From assembly GCA_965249135.1 (NCBI GenBank), contig OZ252220.1:32001-96000 (forward strand): a DNA stretch of 64,000 nucleotides, in the 5' to 3' direction. Origin of the DNA: Alphaproteobacteria bacterium (GTDB lineage Bacteria > Pseudomonadota > Alphaproteobacteria > GCA-2746255). The translations under genes were made by a program, and so were the position numbers. Shown piece by piece: positions 52,135 through 61,359 of the stretch (position 1 is the first letter of the stretch; each line of letters opens with the position of its first letter). The notes under the pieces were generated by a model. That model ran no database searches. It saw only the letters and a program-made list of their open reading frames with translations, and had not been told where the DNA came from.

Positions 52135-52939
52135 GATCAACTACGCAACGGCCAACCGGTATTGGGAAGGGGCCACGCCTTCGATCCTCGGGCCGTACAT
52201 GATGGACGGGTTCGGCTTTCCCGTGAGCGCGGGAGGGTTCCGTTTCCGGGCGGAATCGCGGATCGTCCGGCGACTGGTCCACAGCGTGAAACGGGACGGC
52301 ACGGTCCTCGATCTCGGAAGCGGCGTCGGGTTCTGGGCCGGGGACTTCGCTGCTCGCTTCTCCCAGGTAGTCGCGGTCGAGGGTAGCGGGACGCTGTACC
52401 AGGCTTTGGAGAGAAGGTGCGCTCCACACCCTAACGTCCGTCCCGTCCACGACAACGTCATGTCGTTCGAGCCTGACGGTCGCTATGACCTGATCTTTCT
52501 CGGCGGCCTGCTCATGTACCTCAACGAAAAGGACGTGATTGCCCTGCTGCGGAGACTGGTTCCGTTCCTCGAACCGGGCGGAATGATCCTGTGCCGCGAG
52601 TCCACCGTCCGCGGCGAGACCGTAGCACGTCGGGGCGACTACCAGGTCGTCTATCGTTCCGTGCTGGACTACGGACGTATCTTCGGGCAATGCGGATTGA
52701 GCGTCCGGCACATCGAGAGAAACGAGCCCTATGTTCTCATGCAGATGGGGTGCGAACTGGTCAAGATATGGAAGGAAACGGTGTCTGAGCGATTTCAGGT
52801 CCTTCGGGGCGTTGGCCATTTGACGTATTTCATGTTGCGCCTGGGAAACCCCTGGATCACGCGCGTTCCCAAGGTGCTGGGTATTCCGTTTCCGAAGCTG
52901 GAAAACCACTTCTTCGTGCTCGAAGCGGAGCGTCCTTAA
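52127..52939 (+). CDS. Class I SAM-dependent methyltransferase (phospho-base N-methyltransferase-like)
   Basis: VLDLGSGVG motif I; YDLIF..LLMYL and GGMILCRES. Confidence 0.82.
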   Translation: MTEINYATANRYWEGATPSILGPYMMDGFGFPVSAGGFRFRAESRIVRRLVHSVKRDGTVLDLGSGVGFWAGDFAARFSQVVAVEGSGTLYQALERRCAPHPNVRPVHDNVMSFEPDGRYDLIFLGGLLMYLNEKDVIALLRRLVPFLEPGGMILCRESTVRGETVARRGDYQVVYRSVLDYGRIFGQCGLSVRHIERNEPYVLMQMGCELVKIWKETVSERFQVLRGVGHLTYFMLRLGNPWITRVPKVLGIPFPKLENHFFVLEAERP

Positions 52940-53008
52940 TATTTATGGGGCGCAGTCGTTTCCATCGGCTCAGGCCCGCTCCAACTCACGCTCATCTCGG
53001 GGGCAACG

Positions 53009-53695
53009 ATGGAAAATCCACCGGGAAATTTCGTTTACCGGAATTTGGCCAACGTGACGTCGATTCTCGGCGCGCTGCCTCTCGTAATTCTCTTCCTGGA
53101 TGACGGCTACCGATACCTGATCCCGCTGATCCTGTTTAACAACGTCATGGACGATCTAGACGGCATTCTGGCTGCTAAACTGAACATCAGAAGTCGGTTC
53201 GGCGGCGACCTCGACAACATATGCGACGCGGTCGCTCACGTCATTTTAGCCATGGCAGTCGGCGCGCATTTCGGCGGCATCCTCATCGCCGCGAGTGTGA
53301 TCGCAGCCGGCTCGATCATTCTTCGCGTTACCTCCCGGCTCGATCCCGATACAGCCACGAGGACGGGCTCTCCGACGAACGAACTCATGCGCCACATGCT
53401 GTTCGTCCTCCTGCTGGCCGGGCAGTTCGACTTCGAGCCCGCATATATCCTGATCCCGGTATTCCTTCTGCATTCGGTGTCGATGCTCATGCCGTTAAGG
53501 ATGCCCACCCTCATCCGGAGCCGAGCCAAGTCGGCGGCCACGGTCGGTATGGTGAATGCGGCGCTGGTGGTGGCTTGGCTCATGCCTCCCGCCACGCCGG
53601 TCGTCGCGGCCGCCTTCATCGGCACCTACCTGTATGCCTTCGGCGTGGGGGCCGTTCGTTGGTCGAAGGAACGGGGCGGCGAGACACGTCCATAA
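53009..53695 (+). CDS. CDP-alcohol phosphatidyltransferase family protein (Pcs/PssA-like)
   Basis: ANVTS, DDLDGILAAK..GGDLDNICD, multiple TM segments. Confidence 0.88.
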   Translation: MENPPGNFVYRNLANVTSILGALPLVILFLDDGYRYLIPLILFNNVMDDLDGILAAKLNIRSRFGGDLDNICDAVAHVILAMAVGAHFGGILIAASVIAAGSIILRVTSRLDPDTATRTGSPTNELMRHMLFVLLLAGQFDFEPAYILIPVFLLHSVSMLMPLRMPTLIRSRAKSAATVGMVNAALVVAWLMPPATPVVAAAFIGTYLYAFGVGAVRWSKERGGETRP

Positions 53696-53791
53696 CAAAC
53701 CCCGGGGGCGTCCGCGCTTGCCGCCTCCGGCCTCTGGTTCAAATGAACCAACCAATCGCTGTTTCTTTTCAACTTAACTCTTTGAAAACAT

Positions 53792-53866
53792 TGGTGGGCG
53801 CTGCTGGGTTTGAACCAGCGACCCCTGCCGTGTGAAGGCAGTGCTCTCCCGCTGAGCTAAGCGCCC
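53792..53866 (-). tRNA. tRNA-Val (CAC)
   Basis: GGGCGCTTAGCTCAGCGGGAGAGCACTGCCTTCACACGGCAGGGGTCGCTGGTTCAAACCCAGCAGCGCCCACCA; cloverleaf with CCA end. Confidence 0.97.
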
Positions 53867-53909
53867 TTAAGCCTTAAGAGCGCGATATAAGGGGGCCGGT
53901 TTTCACCTG

Positions 53910-54581
53910 TCAAGGAAGGCTGCGGATCGCTTCCGGTAGGTCCTTGAAATCCTCGATGAGCGCGTCCGCACCCAGCGTCTTTGGATCGGAAGGCGCGTAG
54001 CCATACGTCACCATAATCGCAGGCGTGCCGACGCGCTTGCTGACGACGACGTCCATGTCGTGATCGCCGACCATGACCGCCTCATCCGGGGCTAGGCCCA
54101 TCTGCTCGAGGGTTTCGAGAAGATGGGCAGGATCCGGTTTGTGTTTTGTGACCCGGTCGATCGAGAGGATGTCCGGAAAATAGGATAGGAGCTCCATCTC
54201 CTCGAGAATCCTGACCGCCGCCGCATAGGGGCGGTTCGTCACGATGCCAAGCTTGATGCCTGCCTGGCTTAACGCTTCCAGCGTCTCGGGAACCCCGGGA
54301 TAGGGCTCGACATATTTCCTGCAATTTTCCTCATCCAAATAGAAGGCCATGTAGCGCTCGAGAACCTCTGGATAGGCCTCATCGGATAGAGATTTCTTAC
54401 AAACCCTGAAGGCCTCGCGGATCATGAATTCGATGTTGTCCTGAAAGAGGCTCCTGACGGTGGGGGTGTCGAGCGGGCCCAGGCCATTCGTCTCAAGGAC
54501 GTGGTTGACGGTCGCCACATAGAGCGGAAGGCTGTGCACCAAGGTTCCGTCGATGTCAAAAAGGGCGGCTCGGCAGGCCAT
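53910..54581 (-). CDS. gph: HAD-family phosphatase (phosphoglycolate phosphatase-like)
   Basis: FDIDGTL, VTN, KPDP, VGD; divergent from glmU as is usual in Alphaproteobacteria. Confidence 0.8.
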   Translation of the reverse strand: MACRAALFDIDGTLVHSLPLYVATVNHVLETNGLGPLDTPTVRSLFQDNIEFMIREAFRVCKKSLSDEAYPEVLERYMAFYLDEENCRKYVEPYPGVPETLEALSQAGIKLGIVTNRPYAAAVRILEEMELLSYFPDILSIDRVTKHKPDPAHLLETLEQMGLAPDEAVMVGDHDMDVVVSKRVGTPAIMVTYGYAPSDPKTLGADALIEDFKDLPEAIRSLP

Positions 54582-54695
54582 CGTTCAGGCGGCTCCTCGG
54601 GGCTCTCGTAAATCTTGTTTTGGACGCGGCGAAGGCTTTATGACAATCTCTCTGGGCCGGCCGCAAGGGGAAAATATCAAATCGCTCGCGATTCT

Positions 54696-56084
54696 ATGGC
54701 CAAGCGAAAAACTGCAATTCTCATCCTAGCCGCAGGAAAAGGCGCGCGGATGAAGTCGGGCCTGCCGAAGGTCCTGCATCCGCTCGGCGGCCAGCCGCTC
54801 ATACGTTATGCGCTGGCCACGGCACGCTCGCTGCGCCCCGAGCGCGCCGCCGTCGTCATCGGCCCAGGCATGGAGGCGGTCACGGAAGTCGTCAAGCCCT
54901 GGCCGACCCTTCTTCAGAAGACCCAGGCCGGAACCGGAGATGCCGTGCATGTCGCGCAGAAGGCGCTTGCCGGATTCACTGGCGACGTCCTCGTCATTTT
55001 CGGGGATACGCCGTTCTTAGGCGCGCAAACTTTGAAGAAGCTTCTTGCGCGCAAACGGGCGAAACCGGAGCCCGTCGCCGTTGTTCTTGGCATGTGCCCC
55101 ACGGATTCGGCCGAATATGGCCGTCTCGTCACGGATGCGGATGGCACGCTTGAGGCCATCGTCGAATTCCGCGAGGCGAACGAACGCATTCGGCAAATCC
55201 CGCTTTGCAATTCCGGCGTCATGGTGGTCGATGGGAAGCACTTGTTCCGTCTTTTGGGCCGCATCAAAAAAAGCCGCGTGAAGGGCGAGTACTATTTGAC
55301 GGATCTGGTCGCCATCGCGCGCAAGGAGGGCCTCGTTTGTGCCTATGTGGAAGGAGACGCATGGGAGTTGCTGGGCGTGAACGACCGTGCGGATCTGGCC
55401 GAGGCGGAGGGGCTCTTTCAACTCGAGTGTCGGGCGGAGGCGCTGGCAGGTGGTGCGACGCTTCTTGATCCGACGACCGTCTGGTTCAGCTTCGATACGA
55501 AGCTTGGCAAGGACGTGACCATCGGTCCGAACGTCTTCTTCGGTCCCGGTGTCACGGTGGCCGACGGGGCAACGATCCGTGCTTTTTCGCATATCGAGGG
55601 GGCGAAGATTGGCAAACGTGCCGTCATCGGCCCGTTCGCACGCCTTCGTCCGGGGGCCGACATCGGGGAAGGGGCCCATATCGGAAACTTTGTCGAGATA
55701 AAGAAGGCGAAGATTGAGGCCGGCGCGAAGGTGAACCATTTGACCTATGTTGGAGACGCCTTGATCGGTCGGGACGCAAACATTGGCGCCGGTACGATCA
55801 CATGCAATTACGATGGTTTCACGAAATCGCGTACCATCATCGGCAAGCGTGCCTTTATCGGTTCGAACACGGCACTCGTGGCTCCCGTCACCATCGGCGA
55901 TGGTGCCGTCATCGGGGCCGGCAGCGTGGTGACGAAGAACGTCTCTGCTAATTCGTTGGCGCTGACCCGCGCGGAACAGCAGGAAGTCAAAGGCTGGGCG
56001 CGGAAGCAACGGACAAAAAGCGGCAGCGCTTCCGCCAAGCGAAAAACGAAAACGGCCGGTCGCAAGAAGAAAAAGAAGGGCTAG
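54696..56084 (+). CDS. glmU: Bifunctional UDP-GlcNAc pyrophosphorylase / GlcN-1-P acetyltransferase
   Basis: LAAGKGARMKS..PKVLH, EYYLTD, hexapeptide repeats, CNYDG. Confidence 0.96.
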   Translation: MAKRKTAILILAAGKGARMKSGLPKVLHPLGGQPLIRYALATARSLRPERAAVVIGPGMEAVTEVVKPWPTLLQKTQAGTGDAVHVAQKALAGFTGDVLVIFGDTPFLGAQTLKKLLARKRAKPEPVAVVLGMCPTDSAEYGRLVTDADGTLEAIVEFREANERIRQIPLCNSGVMVVDGKHLFRLLGRIKKSRVKGEYYLTDLVAIARKEGLVCAYVEGDAWELLGVNDRADLAEAEGLFQLECRAEALAGGATLLDPTTVWFSFDTKLGKDVTIGPNVFFGPGVTVADGATIRAFSHIEGAKIGKRAVIGPFARLRPGADIGEGAHIGNFVEIKKAKIEAGAKVNHLTYVGDALIGRDANIGAGTITCNYDGFTKSRTIIGKRAFIGSNTALVAPVTIGDGAVIGAGSVVTKNVSANSLALTRAEQQEVKGWARKQRTKSGSASAKRKTKTAGRKKKKKG

Positions 56085-56095
56085 ACCTCCTAAGC

Positions 56096-57919
56096 ATGTG
56101 TGGAATCATCGGCATTATCGGCAAGGCAGAGGTCGCGCCTCTCCTGCTCGAGGGACTGAAGCGACTCGAATACCGAGGCTACGATTCGGCCGGCATTGCC
56201 ACCCTTGTGGATTCACGTATCGAACGTCGCCGTGCCGAAGGGCGTATCATCAATTTGGAAAATCGCATCGAAAAAGAACCGATCACCGGCAAGACTGGGA
56301 TCGGACATACGCGATGGGCGACCCATGGCATTCCGAACGAGGTCAATGCGCATCCGCACGCCAGCTTGCGAGTCGCCGTCGTTCATAATGGGATCATCGA
56401 AAACTTTCAGGCGCTTCGGGAAGAACTGCAGGGCTTCGGGGTTCAATTCGAGACGGACACGGACACGGAAGTCATCGTCCACCTGATCACCCACTATCTG
56501 GAAGAGGGCATGGCGCCTGAGGCGGCAACGGCGAAGACCCTGCATCGGCTGGAAGGTGCCTTCGCACTCGGCGTCATCTTTGCCAACGAGCCCACGCTGA
56601 TGATCGGCGCACGCCGGGGAAGCCCACTTGCGATCGGCTATGGCGATGGAGAAATGTATCTTGGTTCGGATGCACTGGCCCTTGCCCCGCTTACCTCGAA
56701 GATTACCTATCTCGAAGAAGGCGATTGGGCGGCCCTGACCCCAAAGGGCGTCACGATCCACGATGAAACCGGGGCCGTTGTCGAACGCAAGATCGAGAAA
56801 AGTGCGGCTTCCGGCGCGCTGGAGGGCAAGGGGAATTACCCCCACTTCATGCTGAAGGAAATTTTCGAGCAGCCCGCGGTCATCGGTGACACGCTTCACG
56901 CGCTCTTCAATCCGGTCACGCGATCCATCTTTCTTCCCGACCTGCCATTCGATCTGGCGAAGATATCAAGGGCGACGATTGTCGCCTGTGGGACCTCCTT
57001 TTATGCGGCGCTGGTTGCAAAATATTGGCTTGAGGGCATCGCCGGTCTTTCCGTCGAGGTCGATATCGCTTCCGAGTTCCGCTATCGCAGTGCGGCCATG
57101 CCAAAAGGCGGGCTGGCAATCTTCATTTCCCAGTCCGGCGAGACGGCCGACACCCTGGCCGCGCTTCGTTATGCACAAAAGCAGGATCAGCACACGCTTG
57201 CCCTCGTCAACGTTCCGGAAAGCACGCTTGCCCGCGAGGCGGAAGCGACCTTGCTTACTTACGCAGGTCCCGAGGTCGGCGTTGCCTCGACGAAGGCCTT
57301 TACCACGCAGTTGACGGTGCTTGCCTGTCTTACGATTGCGATGGCGCGTGCGCGTGGTGCCATCGATCACGAAGATGAAGCCAGGTTATCGGCGGCGCTC
57401 ACCGGGGTGCCGTCGCGCGCCGTCGAGGTGTTGAATCATGACGAGCGGTTGCAGGCGCTGGCCGGCGAAATCGCCGACGTTCAGGACGTCCTCTACCTCG
57501 GACGTGGGACAAGCTACCCGATCGCGCTGGAAGGCGCGCTGAAACTGAAGGAAATTTCCTACATCCATGCCGAAGGCTACGCCGCGGGGGAAATGAAACA
57601 CGGTCCGATCGCGCTGATCGATGCGGGCATGCCAATCATCGTCATCGCGCCCAGCGACCTTCTTTTCGAAAAAACTGCCTCGAACATGCAGGAAGTCATA
57701 GCACGTGGCGGGCGTGTCATTTTCTTAAGCGACCAGGCAGGCACGGAACGTCTGGGCCAAGCTGCGGCCGTGACTATCGAGCTTCCCGAGGTCGATCCCT
57801 TCGTTACACCGATCCTTTATGCAATCCCCGTGCAATTGCTTGCCTATCATATCGCCGTTCTGAAAGGGACGAACGTCGACCAACCACGAAACCTGGCGAA
57901 AAGTGTCACGGTTGAATAA
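56096..57919 (+). CDS. glmS: Glutamine-fructose-6-phosphate aminotransferase
   Basis: MCGIIG, HTRWATHG, PRNLAKSVTVE. Confidence 0.98.
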   Translation: MCGIIGIIGKAEVAPLLLEGLKRLEYRGYDSAGIATLVDSRIERRRAEGRIINLENRIEKEPITGKTGIGHTRWATHGIPNEVNAHPHASLRVAVVHNGIIENFQALREELQGFGVQFETDTDTEVIVHLITHYLEEGMAPEAATAKTLHRLEGAFALGVIFANEPTLMIGARRGSPLAIGYGDGEMYLGSDALALAPLTSKITYLEEGDWAALTPKGVTIHDETGAVVERKIEKSAASGALEGKGNYPHFMLKEIFEQPAVIGDTLHALFNPVTRSIFLPDLPFDLAKISRATIVACGTSFYAALVAKYWLEGIAGLSVEVDIASEFRYRSAAMPKGGLAIFISQSGETADTLAALRYAQKQDQHTLALVNVPESTLAREAEATLLTYAGPEVGVASTKAFTTQLTVLACLTIAMARARGAIDHEDEARLSAALTGVPSRAVEVLNHDERLQALAGEIADVQDVLYLGRGTSYPIALEGALKLKEISYIHAEGYAAGEMKHGPIALIDAGMPIIVIAPSDLLFEKTASNMQEVIARGGRVIFLSDQAGTERLGQAAAVTIELPEVDPFVTPILYAIPVQLLAYHIAVLKGTNVDQPRNLAKSVTVE

Positions 57920-57978
57920 GCATTGAAGTATGGGTTCCGACGTAGCTGGATGCTTAAGGGAGAGGGGCCACTTTAAAT

Positions 57979-58389
57979 ATGACTATTGAAAGAACATTCA
58001 AGAATCTGATTCTTCTAGACTTTTCTATTATCATTCTCTACGCAATTAGTGTGTTTTTTGAACCCGAAGAAATTACAAATATACACGATAATTTGGTTGC
58101 AGGTTTTTTCGAAAATGAAACTGCATCAATTATTTTTTATGTTTTGGTTGGTATTTGGTTTCTCATTTACCTCATAAGCTTGGTTTTACTTTATAGATTT
58201 GTACGTTTTGGAAAGCCTTTATTCGTCATCGTGATTACTATAGGCTTGGTTATGATGTTAATTTCGCCCCCATTCGTTTCGACTCCGGTGCAGGCAACAC
58301 TGGATTGGGTTGACGGCGCAGCAATTGGGGCAATACTCGTCTTTTTATATTTCACACCCATTAAAGATAAATTCAGCAGACAAAATTGA
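57979..58389 (+). CDS. AT-rich hypothetical membrane protein (~4 TM), inserted gene
   Basis: Hydrophobic 136-aa ORF, markedly more AT-rich than its flanks; bracketed by a 12-bp direct repeat (57908-57919, 58399-58410). Confidence 0.8.
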   Translation: MTIERTFKNLILLDFSIIILYAISVFFEPEEITNIHDNLVAGFFENETASIIFYVLVGIWFLIYLISLVLLYRFVRFGKPLFVIVITIGLVMMLISPPFVSTPVQATLDWVDGAAIGAILVFLYFTPIKDKFSRQN

Positions 58390-58419
58390 GATATTTAAAC
58401 GGTTGAATAAAGCCGAAGC

Positions 58420-59805
58420 ATGGCAAAGTTCGATTTCGATCTGCTGACGATCGGCGCCGGTTCCGGCGGCGTTGCCGCCACCAGGCGGGCCGCGGCCTAT
58501 GGTGCGAAGGCTGCCATTTGCGAGGAAGATCGTGTCGGCGGCACCTGCGTCTTGCGCGGCTGTGTGCCAAAGAAGCTCCTCGTCTATGGCGCGCATTTCG
58601 CGGATGACTTCGAAGATGCGGCCGGGTTTGGCTGGCAGGTCGGTTCCAGAGAATTCGATTGGGCGCAATTGATCGCGACGAAGGATCGCGAACTGGACCG
58701 GCTGAATGGAATCTATCTCGAGATGCTCGACAAGGCTGACGTAAAACTTCTGGAGGGGCATGCGCGTCTTGCCGATCCTCATAGCATCGAGATCGCAGGT
58801 AAGACGGTGACGGCGGAAACAATCCTGATTTCAACCGGTTCCTGGCCAAGCCTTCCCGACATTCCCGGCATCGCCCATGCCATCACCTCGAACGAGGCGC
58901 TCAGCCTGCCGAAACTTCCCCGCCGCATTGCGATCGTTGGCGGTGGCTACGTCGCCGTCGAGTTTGCCGGAATCTTCCGGCGATTTGGCGTGGAGGTAAC
59001 GGAGATCATCCGAGGCGATCGTATCTTGCGTGGCTTCGATACGGACATTCGGGCGACGTTGACGCAGGAGATGGAAAACACCGGCATACGGATCGAGGCA
59101 AACACCTCCGTTCAGCGTATCGAAGAAAAGAACGGAAGCTTCGAACTCCATGTCGAGCGCAAAGGAACGACCGGCGAAAAGGTTCTTGAGGTGGATCTCG
59201 TCATGTTTGCGACGGGGCGTGCCCCGAACACAAAGAAGATCGGGCTTGAAGAATTGGGCGTTATCCTTGACCCAAACGGCGCCATTCAGGTGGACGAATG
59301 GTCACGCAGCGCGATTGCGAACCTTTATGCCGTCGGCGATTGCACGGATCGTTTGAATCTGACTCCCATTGCCATCGCGGAAGGCAGGGCCTTTGCGGAT
59401 ATGCTTTATGGCAACCGGCCGCAGGCGATGGATCATTCCGGTGTGCCGACGGCCGTCTTTAGCCAGCCACCGATCGGTACGGTCGGCTGCGACGAGGACG
59501 AAGCACGTGCGCGCTTTGGCGAAATCGATGTCTATCTTTCGAAATTCCTGCCCATGAAACACACGCTTTCTGGCCGGAAGACCCAGGTCATGATGAAGCT
59601 CGTCGTCGCGCGTGAGACCGACCAAGTCCTTGGCTGTCACATGGTAGGCGCAGACGCGCCTGAGATCGTCCAGGTATTTGCCATCGCCTTGAAGGCGGGC
59701 GCCCGGAAGGCGGACTTCGATGCGACCGTCGGCATCCATCCGACGGCGGCCGAGGAGTTCGTGACCATGTATGAACCCAGCTCGGATACCGACGGAGAAA
59801 ATTGA
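58420..59805 (+). CDS. gor: Glutathione-disulfide reductase
   Basis: GAGSGG, GGTCVLRGCVPKK, HPTAAEE. Confidence 0.96.
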   Translation: MAKFDFDLLTIGAGSGGVAATRRAAAYGAKAAICEEDRVGGTCVLRGCVPKKLLVYGAHFADDFEDAAGFGWQVGSREFDWAQLIATKDRELDRLNGIYLEMLDKADVKLLEGHARLADPHSIEIAGKTVTAETILISTGSWPSLPDIPGIAHAITSNEALSLPKLPRRIAIVGGGYVAVEFAGIFRRFGVEVTEIIRGDRILRGFDTDIRATLTQEMENTGIRIEANTSVQRIEEKNGSFELHVERKGTTGEKVLEVDLVMFATGRAPNTKKIGLEELGVILDPNGAIQVDEWSRSAIANLYAVGDCTDRLNLTPIAIAEGRAFADMLYGNRPQAMDHSGVPTAVFSQPPIGTVGCDEDEARARFGEIDVYLSKFLPMKHTLSGRKTQVMMKLVVARETDQVLGCHMVGADAPEIVQVFAIALKAGARKADFDATVGIHPTAAEEFVTMYEPSSDTDGEN

Positions 59806-59904
59806 GGAAATCCGTTCACTTCGCGCCGTTTTCCGATGCTTTTTACTGGAAAAAATGGGGATTCCGGCGTATCACCGGTTTGGCACGGTCTCGAGGTACG
59901 AAAA

Positions 59905-61284
59905 ATGGCGAAGAATTGGTCGCCGGAAAGCTGGCGAAAGAAGCCGGCCCGGCAGATGCCCGGCTATCCGGACAAGGATGGCCTTGCCGCCGTCGAGAAG
60001 ACGCTGCGCGGCTATCCGCCACTTGTCTTCGCCGGCGAGGCGCGCCGTCTTCGCGCCCAGCTTGCCGAGGTAGCAGACGGTCGCGCGTTCCTGCTTCAGG
60101 CCGGGGACTGCGCGGAAAGCTTCGCCGAACTCAACGCCGACAACATCCGCGATACGTTCCGCGTGCTGCTGCAGATGGCGGTCGTGCTGACCTTTGGGGC
60201 CAGCTGTCCCGTCGTGAAAGTCGGCCGCATGGCGGGCCAGTTTGCAAAACCCCGTTCGGCCGAAACGGAGACCCAGAACGACGTAACGTTGCCCTGCTAT
60301 CGCGGCGACATCGTCAATGGCATGCCCTTTACGGAAGCAGCGCGCGTTCCCGATCCGAGCCGCATGCTGCAGGCCTACAGTCAGGCAGCCGCGACACTCA
60401 ATCTGCTGCGTGCCTTTGCGCAAGGCGGCTATGCGGATCTTCATCAGGTGCATCGCTGGAATCTCGGCTTCGTGGGTGAAAACAAGGAAGGCGAGAAATA
60501 CCAGGACCTGGCGGACCGGCTTACCGAGACGCTCGCCTTCATGGCGGCCTGCGGATTGACGTCGGAAACGGCCGCAGAGATTCGCCAGACGGATTTCTAC
60601 ACGTCGCACGAAGCCTTGCTTCTGGGATATGAGGAAGGGCTTACGCGCGTCGATAGTACGACCGGGGATTGGTATGACTGTTCGGCCCATATGCTATGGA
60701 TTGGCGATCGCACGCGTCAGGTGGACGGTGCCCATGTCGAATTCTTAAGGGGTGTCCATAATCCTATCGGCTTGAAAGTCGGGCCGGCGCTCGATGCGGA
60801 CGAACTTCTCCGTCTGATTGACCTCCTTAATCCGAATAACGAAGCAGGGCGCCTCACGCTGATCAGCCGAATGGGAGCGGATTCGATTTGGGAGCGTCTG
60901 CCTGCGCTCATTCGTGTGGTCGAAGGTGAGGGGCGAAAGGTGGTTTGGTCCTGCGACCCGATGCACGCGAATACGGTGAAGGCGTCAAATGGCTACAAGA
61001 CCCGCTCGTTCGACCGGATCCTCAAGGAGATCGATTCATTTTTCGCGATTCATCAGGCGGAAGGAAGCCATGCGGGGGGCATTCATTGCGAGCTTACGGG
61101 TCAGGATGTCACGGAATGTATTGGGGGCGCCCAGGAAATCACCGAGGATCGTTTGGCCGACCGTTACCATACCCATTGCGATCCGCGATTGAACGCTTCG
61201 CAAGGGCTCGAGCTCGCCTTTCTCGTTGCCGAGGCCCTGAAGAAGGAACGGAACGCCGCCTCGCAGGTTTCTGCCGCCTCTTGA
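59905..61284 (+). CDS. Class II DAHP synthase
   Basis: [31 protein letters not shown]. Confidence 0.95.
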   Translation: MAKNWSPESWRKKPARQMPGYPDKDGLAAVEKTLRGYPPLVFAGEARRLRAQLAEVADGRAFLLQAGDCAESFAELNADNIRDTFRVLLQMAVVLTFGASCPVVKVGRMAGQFAKPRSAETETQNDVTLPCYRGDIVNGMPFTEAARVPDPSRMLQAYSQAAATLNLLRAFAQGGYADLHQVHRWNLGFVGENKEGEKYQDLADRLTETLAFMAACGLTSETAAEIRQTDFYTSHEALLLGYEEGLTRVDSTTGDWYDCSAHMLWIGDRTRQVDGAHVEFLRGVHNPIGLKVGPALDADELLRLIDLLNPNNEAGRLTLISRMGADSIWERLPALIRVVEGEGRKVVWSCDPMHANTVKASNGYKTRSFDRILKEIDSFFAIHQAEGSHAGGIHCELTGQDVTECIGGAQEITEDRLADRYHTHCDPRLNASQGLELAFLVAEALKKERNAASQVSAAS

Positions 61285-61359
61285 CGGGGCCCGCCAGGGC
61301 CACGCCCGGTACTCGCCCTCGATCTTGACCTGAAACGATGAAGAAGGCCATCCGATCCG

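Larger units (their letters stand above)
49357..53836. mobile_element. Integrase-less genomic islet integrated in tRNA-Val(CAC)
   Basis: Bounded by a 45-bp direct repeat of the tRNA 3' end starting in the anticodon loop; AT-rich ends; same 16-bp palindrome near both ends. Confidence 0.88.

Noticed and set aside
57920-58398. Tn7 element at attTn7
   Set aside because: No tns genes, no TGT/ACA termini and no 5-bp TSD; reported instead as a 12-bp-duplication insertion
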